Shown in pieces: positions 28,321 through 39,191 of a stretch of 54,443 nt of DNA; the first letter of the stretch is position 1; every line of letters starts with the position of its first letter. Position numbers and translations under genes: made by a program. This stretch comes from an uncultured Candidatus Saccharibacteria bacterium (GTDB lineage: Bacteria; Patescibacteriota; UBA1384; 2-12-FULL-50-11; DASWYB01), in the NCBI GenBank assembly GCA_964372935.1, contig CAYJRF010000005.1, forward strand, positions 1-54,443, in the 5' to 3' direction. Under the pieces are notes generated by a model, which was not told where the DNA came from, did not search any database, and saw nothing but the letters and a program-made list of their open reading frames with translations.

Positions 28321-29886
28321 TTAACGCGCGTCGTGTCGCGGGGGCGCGCCGGCTTCTCGGAGGCGCGAGATCACGAAAGTTTTGTCGAGCGCGGCGAGGA
28401 ACCAACCGAGTTGGGGACCAAACTCCTTGGCCAGAAAAACGCCATAAATGGCCGAAAACGCCCTCGGCGATGCCAGCCCGGACAAGTTTTTGGTTTCGTG
28501 AAGGAGCTGGTGAATCTCGGCTCCGCGCCACTCGGTTTTCTCCAACCCTTCGGCGACGTTAGCCAAAAAGTGGCGCTGGTCGTCGGACAAGTCCACCGCC
28601 GGCAGGGTTGGTTGAAGCACAAATTTTTGCTCCGGCGAAGCGAACGTGTCCAGCCACCGTCGGGCGTACTCAATTCGCTCGGTCAAATCGGCCGCATCGG
28701 CTTTGGTCAGGGGTTGACCTTTATCTTTCTTGGCCAAAGTCGCGATTTCCAGATGGGGCATTTGGATCAAAAACGCCACTTGGGAAAAGCGCATTGTGTA
28801 CTCCGGCCAAGGGGGATCGGCTTGGATCGCGTAGGCGATCGCTCGGGCTTCCGGTGAGGCGGGGGCCGTTTTAGTGGCGGCCAGAGCCCGATCGAAGGCG
28901 TCAAAAATACGAGGAATCGTCTCGCCTTCCGGCGTGAACTCCAGTTGACGATTGGGCGGCAAGTGGTAGACGAAAAAGCGCATAATTTTTGGCGGGAAGA
29001 TATTCGCGGCATCGTTGGCCGACATCCCCAGACCGCGCGACGAGGACATTTTTTTGCCCCCGATCAAAAAAAACTCGTGCGGATAACCAATTGGCTCGTC
29101 AGCGGAAAAAACTTCCCTCACAATGCATCGGCCGTAATCGCGGGAACTGCCTTTGGTAAAGTGATCCTTCCCGCCTCCCTCGTAAGCAACTTTAAGGAGA
29201 AACCATTTTGCCGGCCATTCGACCTTCCAGTGGATTTTGCCGTTACCGTTATATGGGCTGATGCGTCCGGCATGACCACACCCTCGCGCCCATTTGACTA
29301 AATCGGGTAAGCATCGGTAACCCACGGTTGCCCCATCCCAAGTGTCGACGTAAGTAGTCGCGATACGGCCGCACTGTTCACAGACGACTTGAAAGGGGTG
29401 CCAATCATCGGGACGAGGCGCTCCTAATTTGGCATAGATCTCCCGAATTTTCGAGGCGTTGTCTAAAACGATCGTGATCGCGGGGTTGAACTCGCCGTCC
29501 AGATACATCTGACTGGTTTTAGGCACTTCGGGAAATATTTCCAAATCTTCCATCGCTTCTAAATACTTTGCGGCATAGTATCCGGCGAACGAAGCGTAGC
29601 CGTCAACGGGCGACGGGACCCGAAACAGGGGAATGCCAAGATAGCGCCGAAAATCGGCCGGGACGTCGGACGGCAGGCCATCCATCGGGTCCATGTCGTC
29701 AAACCCGTAGTGATAGGTCGCCGAAAAACCCGACATCATCAGTCCGCGGTAGATCGCTTGGTGCAGCAACACTGTTCGCAGGTGGCCGGCGTGGGCTTTT
29801 CCCGACGGCGTGAACCAATCATATACCGCGTATGGCGGCTGGCGTTTGGCGGCGATTTCCTCAACGATTTTATCGGCCCAAAACAT
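28321..29886 (-). CDS. lysK: Class I (archaeal-type) lysyl-tRNA synthetase
   Basis: MFWADKIV...TPSGKAHAGH (HIGH-like), KMSSSRG (KMSKS-like), and a C-terminal ...FLAALDKTFVISRLREAG that closely matches class I LysRS tails. Confidence 0.85.
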   Translation of the reverse strand: MFWADKIVEEIAAKRQPPYAVYDWFTPSGKAHAGHLRTVLLHQAIYRGLMMSGFSATYHYGFDDMDPMDGLPSDVPADFRRYLGIPLFRVPSPVDGYASFAGYYAAKYLEAMEDLEIFPEVPKTSQMYLDGEFNPAITIVLDNASKIREIYAKLGAPRPDDWHPFQVVCEQCGRIATTYVDTWDGATVGYRCLPDLVKWARGCGHAGRISPYNGNGKIHWKVEWPAKWFLLKVAYEGGGKDHFTKGSSRDYGRCIVREVFSADEPIGYPHEFFLIGGKKMSSSRGLGMSANDAANIFPPKIMRFFVYHLPPNRQLEFTPEGETIPRIFDAFDRALAATKTAPASPEARAIAYAIQADPPWPEYTMRFSQVAFLIQMPHLEIATLAKKDKGQPLTKADAADLTERIEYARRWLDTFASPEQKFVLQPTLPAVDLSDDQRHFLANVAEGLEKTEWRGAEIHQLLHETKNLSGLASPRAFSAIYGVFLAKEFGPQLGWFLAALDKTFVISRLREAGAPPRHDAR

Positions 29887-29985
29887 ATGGCGGTTCGTCT
29901 TTCAGGTTGATCGTATCAAACACCCGGATGTTCTGCCAGTGAGCGATTGCGTCGCCGTCGGCGCCAGCAAACTGGGGTCCGTCCG

Positions 29986-30450
29986 TCAGCTCACGTCTTT
30001 GATGACGTACGTTACGTCGCCTCCGGGAGCGACAATCGTAACGGCTTCCCCCCGCTTGTGTCCCAATAGTCCGCGGCCAACTGGCGACTCGGAGGATATT
30101 TTGTGATGTTCAATGTCGCTTTCTGTCGGCCCAACAATTTCATAGTTCACCGTCTCTTTGTTTACTGCCAGCACGACATAGCTGCCCACATTAACCACCC
30201 CCGATTCCTGTTTTTTCTCGATAATCTCGGCGCCTCTTATTAGGGCGTCAATTTCTTGAATTCGTCCTTCTATGAACGACTGATCTTCTTTCGCGGTCTG
30301 GTATTCGGCGTTCTCCGACAAGTCGCCAAACTCTTTCGCGCGGCGAATCCGTTCTATCACCTCGGGGCGTTTAGTCTCTTTGAGCTCTTTAAGCTCACCC
30401 TTCAAATGCTCGTAGCCTTCTTTGGTCAAGGAAATTGTTTTGACGGCCAT
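29986..30450 (-). CDS. greA: Transcription elongation factor GreA
   Basis: LTKEGYEHLKGELKEL...AKEFGDLSENAEY. Start at 30450 is preceded by AGGAGA. Confidence 0.93.
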   Translation of the reverse strand: MAVKTISLTKEGYEHLKGELKELKETKRPEVIERIRRAKEFGDLSENAEYQTAKEDQSFIEGRIQEIDALIRGAEIIEKKQESGVVNVGSYVVLAVNKETVNYEIVGPTESDIEHHKISSESPVGRGLLGHKRGEAVTIVAPGGDVTYVIKDVS

Positions 30451-30630
30451 TATTCTCCTAAAAAATCTTTCCGGCAATCAAACTATTGCCAGCTTTATCG
30501 CCGCCCCAGCATACCAAATGACTGGTCATTGTCAAGGGAACGACATCCCCAAAAACTGCCCAGGTCTGTTGGGAGTCGCCCACATTTTGATTCTAGGCAA
30601 CGAGGGCGATATGTGGCAGGATGAACAAGT

Positions 30631-31221
30631 ATGATGTCGTTGTTTCAATCTATCGCCACAACTCTCTTGTTGGCCTTTGCGATTCGGTTTTTTGTTGTCC
30701 AGCCTTTTGTGGTTGAGGGATCAAGCATGGAACCGAATTTTTACGATAGCGAATATATTTTGATTGACAAGTTATCCTATCGCTTGCGTCCGCCAGCGCG
30801 CGGCGACGTAGTTGTGTTTCATCCGCCAACCAGTCCGTCCCAAAACTACATCAAGCGGATCATTGGTCTGCCTGGTGAAACGGTCAAAGTTATCGATGGT
30901 CAAGTTGCCGTTAACGGCCAGCTTCTTGAAGAAGAATACCTTAGAACCGGCAAGGTTGGTGTCGGCTCTGCGGTTGACAATGTCCTCACCACTCTGGCCC
31001 AAGACGAATTTTATGTCATGGGGGATAACCGTGATCATTCGTCGGATTCACGAGAGTGGGGAGCGCTAAAACGTCAAAATATTGAAGGTCGAACTTGGCT
31101 GATCGTCTTTCCGTTCGACAATTTTCACTTGGTGGGACAACCGAGCTACGAGGCGACAGTTTCCGCCCTTTTAGATTCCGGTGTATGGCTACTCGCTTTG
31201 AGGAGTTTGACTAGGTCTTGA
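30631..31221 (+). CDS. lepB: Signal peptidase I
   Basis: GSSMEPNF (catalytic Ser), GDVVVF, YIKRIIGLPGE (Lys), GDNRDHSSDSR. Confidence 0.9.
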   Translation: MMSLFQSIATTLLLAFAIRFFVVQPFVVEGSSMEPNFYDSEYILIDKLSYRLRPPARGDVVVFHPPTSPSQNYIKRIIGLPGETVKVIDGQVAVNGQLLEEEYLRTGKVGVGSAVDNVLTTLAQDEFYVMGDNRDHSSDSREWGALKRQNIEGRTWLIVFPFDNFHLVGQPSYEATVSALLDSGVWLLALRSLTRS

Positions 31222-32276
31222 AGCATCTCGGCAACGCCGTCGCCGTTTAAAGCAGAAATAAACCGAGCCGGTAAACGTTGAAGGAAAGGGAAGCGTTTGA
31301 GAAAACGCTCGGCGCGGGCCAAACGCGTGGGAGCCGGCAGTCTTAAAATCGGTTCGATGGCGAGGTCGGTTTTATTGATCGCCACGATAATGGCTTTGCC
31401 TGATTCTTGGGCGTACATGGCGGCGTGGGCGTCGCCGCGAGCCGGTGCTTCCTCGATCGTCAGAAGGAGTATGACGGCGTCGGCTTGGTTGATCGCCCGC
31501 AGGGTCCGAAACAGGGCGTACTTTTCCGCCCCCGGCGTTACGCGGCCGCGACGCTGGATGCCGGCGGTGTCAATCAAATCAAGAGTCGTGCCGTCAGGCA
31601 GTTGGGCAGTCGCGGCGATCACGTCGCGGGTTGTTCCCGCTTCGGCGCTCACGACGGCGCGCGTCCGGCCGATTATTTGATTTAAGAGGGCGGATTTGCC
31701 GACATTCGGTCGTCCGATAATCGCCACTCGAGGCCTTGGCGCGGGCTTGATCGAATGTGGCGACGGGTAGTGCGTTAACAAATAGTTTGCGAAGTCGCTT
31801 ATCCCGCGATTATGAATGGCTGAGACGGGAAAAATATCCTGGACTCCAAGGGCGGCAAAAGAGTGTGCCTGAATGTCGAGAGCGGCGTTGTCGGCTTTAT
31901 TGGCCAAAATAATCGTCGGTTTACTGTGACGACGCAACTGTTTGACAAGCCAAGTCTCGGTTGGGTGAATGCCGGCCGTAACGTCGGTTATCAAGGCCAC
32001 CAACTCGGCTTCCTCGATGGCGATTTCCACTTGGGCGTCAATATTTTCTTGGAGTTCGGGCGTCAGGGGGCTTTCGGTGTCGTGCTGGGGTACGCCGGCC
32101 GTATCAACCACCGTCCAAAAATGATCGTGCTGGTTCATGACCCCAAAATGCCGATCTCGGGTTGTTCCGGGCGCCGAGGCGGTAATGGCCTGACGGCGAC
32201 CGACGAGTCGGTTAAATAGGGTTGATTTGCCCACGTTTGGCCGACCGATGAGTGCGATAAGCGGCGGTTCGCGCAT
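31146..32276 (-). CDS. der: Ribosome-associated GTPase Der (EngA), compact form
   Basis: Two G domains, each with GRPNVGKS, plus DTAG and NKxD. Short C-terminal region. Confidence 0.93.
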   Translation of the reverse strand: MREPPLIALIGRPNVGKSTLFNRLVGRRQAITASAPGTTRDRHFGVMNQHDHFWTVVDTAGVPQHDTESPLTPELQENIDAQVEIAIEEAELVALITDVTAGIHPTETWLVKQLRRHSKPTIILANKADNAALDIQAHSFAALGVQDIFPVSAIHNRGISDFANYLLTHYPSPHSIKPAPRPRVAIIGRPNVGKSALLNQIIGRTRAVVSAEAGTTRDVIAATAQLPDGTTLDLIDTAGIQRRGRVTPGAEKYALFRTLRAINQADAVILLLTIEEAPARGDAHAAMYAQESGKAIIVAINKTDLAIEPILRLPAPTRLARAERFLKRFPFLQRLPARFISALNGDGVAEMLQDLVKLLKASSHTPESKRAETVAS

Positions 32277-32361
32277 AGATATATTCTATGCCAAAAGCTG
32301 TCTTGAATCAAACGCCCCTCGTTGGGGTGGCAATTCGTCGGTAATTTGGTACACCTAGAGG

Positions 32362-33927
32362 GTGCAGTATGCCGACATCATTATTAATCACAAAGCGGGA
32401 CTAGAACCGGTTACTTACGCCATTCCACCGGCGATTCTGGGACACTTGACGAAAGGCAGTGTTGTGCTGGTGCCATACGGTCGGCGCGACGTTCATGGCG
32501 TGGTTTACCGTTTCTTGCGTCGACTTGATCCCCAAATACGCCCCAAGCTAAAATCGATTACTCGCGTTATTTACCCGGAAAATTTCGTGGCCTTATACCA
32601 AATTGTGGCCGCCGAGTCGCTTCACGCCCGCTGGGGTCACGGCATGGGGGAAATTCTGTTCAGGTTGATACCGCCTCTGCCAAGACGGCCGCGACCGGCC
32701 GTGTTACCGAAGGTGACTCGCCCAGTCGGTTACCGTCTGGAAGAGACAATCGTGTCGGTGTCGCGTCGCCTGGGGTTTTATAGGGCTCTGTTTCGTCGGC
32801 TAGCGGCGCGAGGCCAGTCGCTCTTGATTATTACTCACTCTATTGCGACAGCCGCCACGGCCGCTAAGGAATTGATGAACTTGGGCTTGCCGGTGTGTCT
32901 TGGTCCATCTTCGGGTAATTCTGTCTCTCGGCGCCAATATTTCGCTCAAGCGCGGGAGCGCGCTGATGCGGTGATTATGATCGGGCCGCGAAGTATCGTC
33001 GCAACACCTCTCGATTTGGTCGGCGCCGTGGCGATTGACGAGCCGTGGTTCCCCGGTCATAAGGAAGATACTAGTCCAAGGCACTGGTCGGTTATTTTAG
33101 CCCAAGCCCTATGCCAAGCCAGAAAGATTCCTTTGTTTCTGGCCACCACCGTTGTCTGGCCGGATACCGCCGTCTTGGGAGCGGGTCGGACGCGGTTAAT
33201 CGGCGTGGCGGCGGCCAATCGCCTTACTTTGGTGCCCAGTCGGTCGGTCGCCGAGGTGGTCGGCCTGTTCGCCGCCTCGCTGCGCGAAAATCGGGCGATC
33301 GCCGTTTACGAACAACGGCGTGTCTTGCACTGGTGTCCAAACTGCCGCAAGCAGATTTCTGGGGCCGAAACTTGTCTTACCTGTCACAGACCGGGACAGG
33401 TTTTGACCGGGACGACGCGCGCGGCGGTTCAAGCCATCGTACCGGCCAACATTCCCGTTTATACCTTAGCCGAGATTGAGCAATTCCGCCGGTTCAACGC
33501 TGTCCTAATTTTGGGTTTTGACTCTTTGCTCGCCATTAGCGACTATCGGCTACCGTGTTATGTCCGTTCTGTCATCGCCACTCTCCGAGATCAAAGCCGT
33601 GTTTGTTGGCTGGTAACGGCGCAGACTGACGCGTGGGCTCACTACCTTAACGTTTCGCCAACCGAGTTCGACAAGACCGAATTAGCCGAACGTCGGCGCT
33701 ATCGGCTGCCCCCTTACGGCCTGCCCGTGCGATTCACCTGCTCGTCGCGTTCCCCGCTGGAAGCCCTCAAAGAGACGATTAAAACTGTCGCCGTGCGGGT
33801 TGGGTCGGTCCAACTAAGCCACGGTCGGCATTGTCTTTCGGCGATTTTACCCCGCGAGGCGGTTATTCCAGCGAGCTGGCATCGCCGCGGGGTGACGGTG
33901 GACGTATTGCCGCACTATGTCGATTAA
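32362..33927 (+). CDS. priA: PriA-like primosomal protein with degenerate helicase motifs
   Basis: GTG start. PriA-like N-terminus (YADIIINH...VTYAIPP...GSVVLVPYGRRDVHGVV) and one zinc ribbon CPNCRK...CLTCH. No GxGKT Walker A, and IDEPW replaces DEEH. Confidence 0.65.
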   Translation: MQYADIIINHKAGLEPVTYAIPPAILGHLTKGSVVLVPYGRRDVHGVVYRFLRRLDPQIRPKLKSITRVIYPENFVALYQIVAAESLHARWGHGMGEILFRLIPPLPRRPRPAVLPKVTRPVGYRLEETIVSVSRRLGFYRALFRRLAARGQSLLIITHSIATAATAAKELMNLGLPVCLGPSSGNSVSRRQYFAQARERADAVIMIGPRSIVATPLDLVGAVAIDEPWFPGHKEDTSPRHWSVILAQALCQARKIPLFLATTVVWPDTAVLGAGRTRLIGVAAANRLTLVPSRSVAEVVGLFAASLRENRAIAVYEQRRVLHWCPNCRKQISGAETCLTCHRPGQVLTGTTRAAVQAIVPANIPVYTLAEIEQFRRFNAVLILGFDSLLAISDYRLPCYVRSVIATLRDQSRVCWLVTAQTDAWAHYLNVSPTEFDKTELAERRRYRLPPYGLPVRFTCSSRSPLEALKETIKTVAVRVGSVQLSHGRHCLSAILPREAVIPASWHRRGVTVDVLPHYVD

Positions 33928-34000
33928 CTCGCCCAGACATAGAGAAGACGCGAAATTGCCATATTTACTATATAGGGCAACTATACCACGGACAACAGTC

Positions 34001-34174
34001 ATGACAGATGAGTTTGCAGTGGATAAATATCTCAGCCGACGTTTAGGTTATGACCAGCAAAAGATTAAACACAAGAAACATCAGGACGTGAACGCCGATA
34101 TCAACCCCAATACAATCGAAAACTTCTGGGGCTCGCTTTTTGACCAGATGATTTCACTGGTTTCGAAAAATTAG
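34001..34174 (+). CDS. Small hypothetical protein in the AT-rich island
   Basis: 57 aa from the ATG at 34001 (the track ORF begins at 33917, overlapping priA). No SD and no family match. Confidence 0.2.
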   Translation: MTDEFAVDKYLSRRLGYDQQKIKHKKHQDVNADINPNTIENFWGSLFDQMISLVSKN

Positions 34175-34250
34175 CCATTGCATGTCGCTCTCCACGAATG
34201 TAGCATACAAGTAGTTCCAGGCCAGACACAATTAAGCGTGTGCCTGTTTG

Positions 34251-34278
34251 TTGACAATTTCTACCCACTTAGTATAAT
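34251..34278 (+). promoter_or_regulatory. Consensus sigma70 promoter upstream of the HicB-like ORF
   Basis: TTGACA (34251-34256), a 16-nt spacer, TATAAT (34273-34278). The ATG at 34297 lies 18 nt downstream. Confidence 0.55.
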
Positions 34279-34296
34279 CCAATAAACTTTTTCATC

Positions 34297-34656
34297 ATGA
34301 TTAAAATTAACAACACACTACATCGAGGCACAGTTACAGTTTTTCTTTTCCCCAAAGGTAAAAAATACATTGGGGTATGCTTGGAACTGGATATCGTTGA
34401 CGAAGATACTAATATTGAAGAACTTAAAACTCGAATCAGAGAACGAGTCGATTCTTATATTGATTATGTTTGTGATAATAAAAAAGATGGGGCATTACTA
34501 AATCGTCCGGCGCCAGATGAATATTGGAAGAAGTTTTTTACTTATATTCGTTATTTGCAAGAACTTGAGAAAAAAGCTTCATTCCGTAACCACTTCGATC
34601 AACCAACAGAAGGAGTGATTGAGACGTTGCCTCTACGTCGTTTTGCGCGAGCCTGA
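34297..34656 (+). CDS. HicB-like antitoxin-fold protein
   Basis: VTVFLFPKGKKYIGVCLELDIVDEDTNIEELKTRIRERVDSYIDY matches the HicB/UPF0150 pattern 'DGGYvA.cPEL.g...qGeT.EEA..n..eai..yle' (recall). Confidence 0.45.
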   Translation: MIKINNTLHRGTVTVFLFPKGKKYIGVCLELDIVDEDTNIEELKTRIRERVDSYIDYVCDNKKDGALLNRPAPDEYWKKFFTYIRYLQELEKKASFRNHFDQPTEGVIETLPLRRFARA

Positions 34657-34671
34657 TCTAAGTAATCTAAA

Positions 34672-34899
34672 ATGGCTCGTCTGACTCCGCTTTCTTGTAG
34701 AAGAATTGAAGCAAAGTTAGTAATACCTGGGTTTAATTTAGATCGTACGTCAGGGAATATTTGTTACTATACGAAAGTAAAAGAAGGTCGCGAGTTAGTT
34801 GTCCAAGTTCATCGGCATCCTTTAGATTGAGGGATAGAGGTAATCCAAAGCATTTTACGTACTGGAAATATATCTCGAGAAGAATGGCTAGACGCCTAA
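34672..34899 (+). pseudogene. HicA-like toxin frame interrupted by an in-frame TGA (34828-34830), with the catalytic His lost
   Basis: My translation: MARLTPLSCRRIEAKLVIPGFNLDRTSGNICYYTKVKEGRELVVQVHRHPLD*GIEVIQSILRTGNISREEWLDA. It aligns with the HicA pattern ...GSH....vtvP.H..k.l..Gtl..Ilkqagi. The GSH position reads SGN. Confidence 0.5.
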
Positions 34900-35065
34900 A
34901 TGGTTAAAAACAATAAATCGTGCAACAAGCTTAGCTGGGACTAAATAAAAGAAGCTTTATAATCTACATATTACAACGTGATGTACTAGTGTTATTGCCA
35001 TATTCAGATCCGTTCAAAAACACTCCGGGTGGTTAGCCAAGCTTTCAGCCGTGCGGGCGGTGTGG

Positions 35066-35094
35066 TCGCCAGACCGAGCGACTTTCGGTATAAT
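35066..35094 (+). promoter_or_regulatory. Possible promoter giving a leaderless def-fmt mRNA
   Basis: TCGCCA, a 17-nt spacer, TATAAT (35089-35094), then 7 nt to the ATG at 35102. No SD. Confidence 0.3.
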
Positions 35095-35101
35095 CAAGTT
35101 T

Positions 35102-36511
35102 ATGGAACGGAAATTAGTATATTATCCCGAAAAAATATTGCGTCAACCGGCGAACCTGGTCGTTGATTTTGGTCCCGACCTGGAAAAATTATCTCGGAAT
35201 ATGCGGCGAGTCATGCATCGGCACCAGGGCATGGGTCTGGCGGCGCCTCAAGTTGGCGTACCGCTTCGGCTTATTGTTGTCGAATACACCCCGCCGGAAG
35301 ACTCATCGGAATCGGCCATTCCCTTTACGGTGATGATTAATCCGGTAATCGCCTCGTCTCGCGAGCGTGCCGACAAGATGGCCGAGGGATGCCTGTCGGT
35401 GCCGTTCGTCGAAGTGCCGGTGCGTCGATCAATTGGAGTCTCGATCAAAGCGTGTGATCTGACCGGGCGCTCAATCAAAATTAAGGCCAAGGGGCTATTG
35501 GCGCGGATTGTTCAACACGAAGTCGATCACCTCGACGGAAAACTGGTCCTCGATTATGAGACCAGAGTGTCGCCGGTGCGTCGGGCGAGCCAAGTTAGGA
35601 CAATCGTCTGGGGATCGGGATCATTCACGGTTGGGGTGCTAAACGAATTGCGCCCGCGTCTGAATATTGTTCAAATCGTTACCGAACCGCCCAAGCCAAG
35701 CGGCCGCGGCGGGACATTGACGCCATCAATCGCGAAAGCGTACGCCGACACCCTAAAAATTCCCACCGCCGAACCGTCTGATTTAAGCGATCCGCGTTTT
35801 TACGCCTACATTTTATCCCTCAAGCCCGATCTCATGGTGGTGGCGGCGTATGGGCGGTTGATTCCCAAGTCGGTATATGAGCTTCCCCCGCTGGGGACGT
35901 TGAATATCCATCCTTCGCTCTTGCCAAAGTATCGCGGCGCCAGCCCGATTCAGGCGGCGATTTTAGGCGGCGAAGTTAAGACCGGCATCTCAATCATGCG
36001 CCTGGCTCAAGGATTCGACCGAGGCGATATTATTGCCCAATCGCCGTACGATCTCACGGGCAAAGAAACTGGCGGCGACTTGGCGACTGCCTTGGCGGAG
36101 TTGGGGGCGGCGACTCTGCTGGAAATATTACCGGACTACACCGCCGGAAAACTGGTTCCTGCGGCCCAAGATTCCAGCCAAGCGAGCTACGCCCCGAAAA
36201 TTACACCGGCCGACCGCTGGCTGAATCCGATCGACGGCCCGACACTTAATGAACGCAAAATCCGGGCGTTCGCGTCCGATCTCGGAGCGTTTGTGATGCT
36301 CTCGGGTCGTCGTTTGAGCGTTTTTGGGGGACACATTGAAAAAGGTCGGCTGGTGTTTGACGTGGTTCAGCTAGCAGGTAAACGACCCATGACTTGGTCG
36401 AATTTTGTCCGCGGTTGGCGCCAGCCGTTGCAATTTGAACCATATAAAGATATAATAAATAAAACTGCAAATAATCAAGGCGTTCCTGACTCCGAGTTGG
36501 GGATTGCCTAG
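35102..36511 (+). CDS. def-fmt: Fused peptide deformylase / methionyl-tRNA formyltransferase
   Basis: Def motifs GLAAPQVG, EGCLSVP, HEVDHLDG in the first ~165 aa. Fmt follows in the same frame (RTIVWGSGSF..., NIHPSLLPKYRGASPIQAAIL) with a C-terminal Fmt domain. Confidence 0.9.
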   Translation: MERKLVYYPEKILRQPANLVVDFGPDLEKLSRNMRRVMHRHQGMGLAAPQVGVPLRLIVVEYTPPEDSSESAIPFTVMINPVIASSRERADKMAEGCLSVPFVEVPVRRSIGVSIKACDLTGRSIKIKAKGLLARIVQHEVDHLDGKLVLDYETRVSPVRRASQVRTIVWGSGSFTVGVLNELRPRLNIVQIVTEPPKPSGRGGTLTPSIAKAYADTLKIPTAEPSDLSDPRFYAYILSLKPDLMVVAAYGRLIPKSVYELPPLGTLNIHPSLLPKYRGASPIQAAILGGEVKTGISIMRLAQGFDRGDIIAQSPYDLTGKETGGDLATALAELGAATLLEILPDYTAGKLVPAAQDSSQASYAPKITPADRWLNPIDGPTLNERKIRAFASDLGAFVMLSGRRLSVFGGHIEKGRLVFDVVQLAGKRPMTWSNFVRGWRQPLQFEPYKDIINKTANNQGVPDSELGIA

Positions 36512-36525
36512 TCAAGGAGAAAGGT

Positions 36526-36927
36526 ATGTTGGCCATTCGTCTGCGTCGCGTCGGCCGGACTCACGATCCGCACTATCGCATCGTGGTCGCCGAGCACACC
36601 GCGCCCGTTCAAGGAAAATTTTTGGCTCAAGTTGGGCACTATCACCCTAAAACCAAAGCCCTGGTGATTGATCAGACCGCTTTGACGCGCTGGTTGGCGC
36701 AAGGCGCCAAGCCGTCCAACAGCGTGGCGCGATTGGCGTTGCGTCAGGGTATTGACCACAAACAAATCCAAGTAACGACGAAAATCAGCCAACCTAAAGT
36801 CAAGGCTCAAGAACGAGCCAAGGCCAAGCTGTCACCCGCGCCAGCAACATCACCCGCGCCACCCGAACCGACGTCTCCGGAGAGCGAGTCGGCCGAGACC
36901 GAACCGTCTGTCGAAGGCGTGATTTAA
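36526..36927 (+). CDS. rpsP: 30S ribosomal protein S16 with a Pro/Ala/Glu-rich C-terminal extension
   Basis: MLAIRLRRVGRTHDPHYRIVVAE... with SD AAGGAGA upstream. Confidence 0.95.
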   Translation: MLAIRLRRVGRTHDPHYRIVVAEHTAPVQGKFLAQVGHYHPKTKALVIDQTALTRWLAQGAKPSNSVARLALRQGIDHKQIQVTTKISQPKVKAQERAKAKLSPAPATSPAPPEPTSPESESAETEPSVEGVI

Positions 36928-36953
36928 TAACGACCGCCAAGCTGGCCTTTTAG

Positions 36954-39050
<2,097 letters not shown>

Positions 39051-39191
39051 CGGCGCCGCGCCGCCGTGTTTCCCAACCGCTTTGACAATCGCGGCGGGAC
39101 GTCGCTATACTGGTGGCGTATCGCGATTGAATCCCAAGATGAGAGGGTAGCCGCGTTTGGGATGGCTGTATTGGCTGACAAAGGAGGATAT

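Larger units (their letters stand above)
33928..35050. other. AT-rich island between priA-like and def-fmt
   Basis: Abrupt drop in GC by eye. Contains a consensus promoter, a HicB-like ORF and a disrupted HicA-like frame. No recombinase seen. Confidence 0.5.

Noticed and set aside
34828-34830. TGA reassignment (code 4 or 25) as the explanation for the in-frame TGA in the HicA-like frame
   Set aside because: TGA terminates conserved genes at their expected ends elsewhere in the window (ftsE 12785-12787, pilC 21147-21149, the minor pilin at 18800-18802). The genome is also GC-rich, unlike known TGA-recoding lineages.
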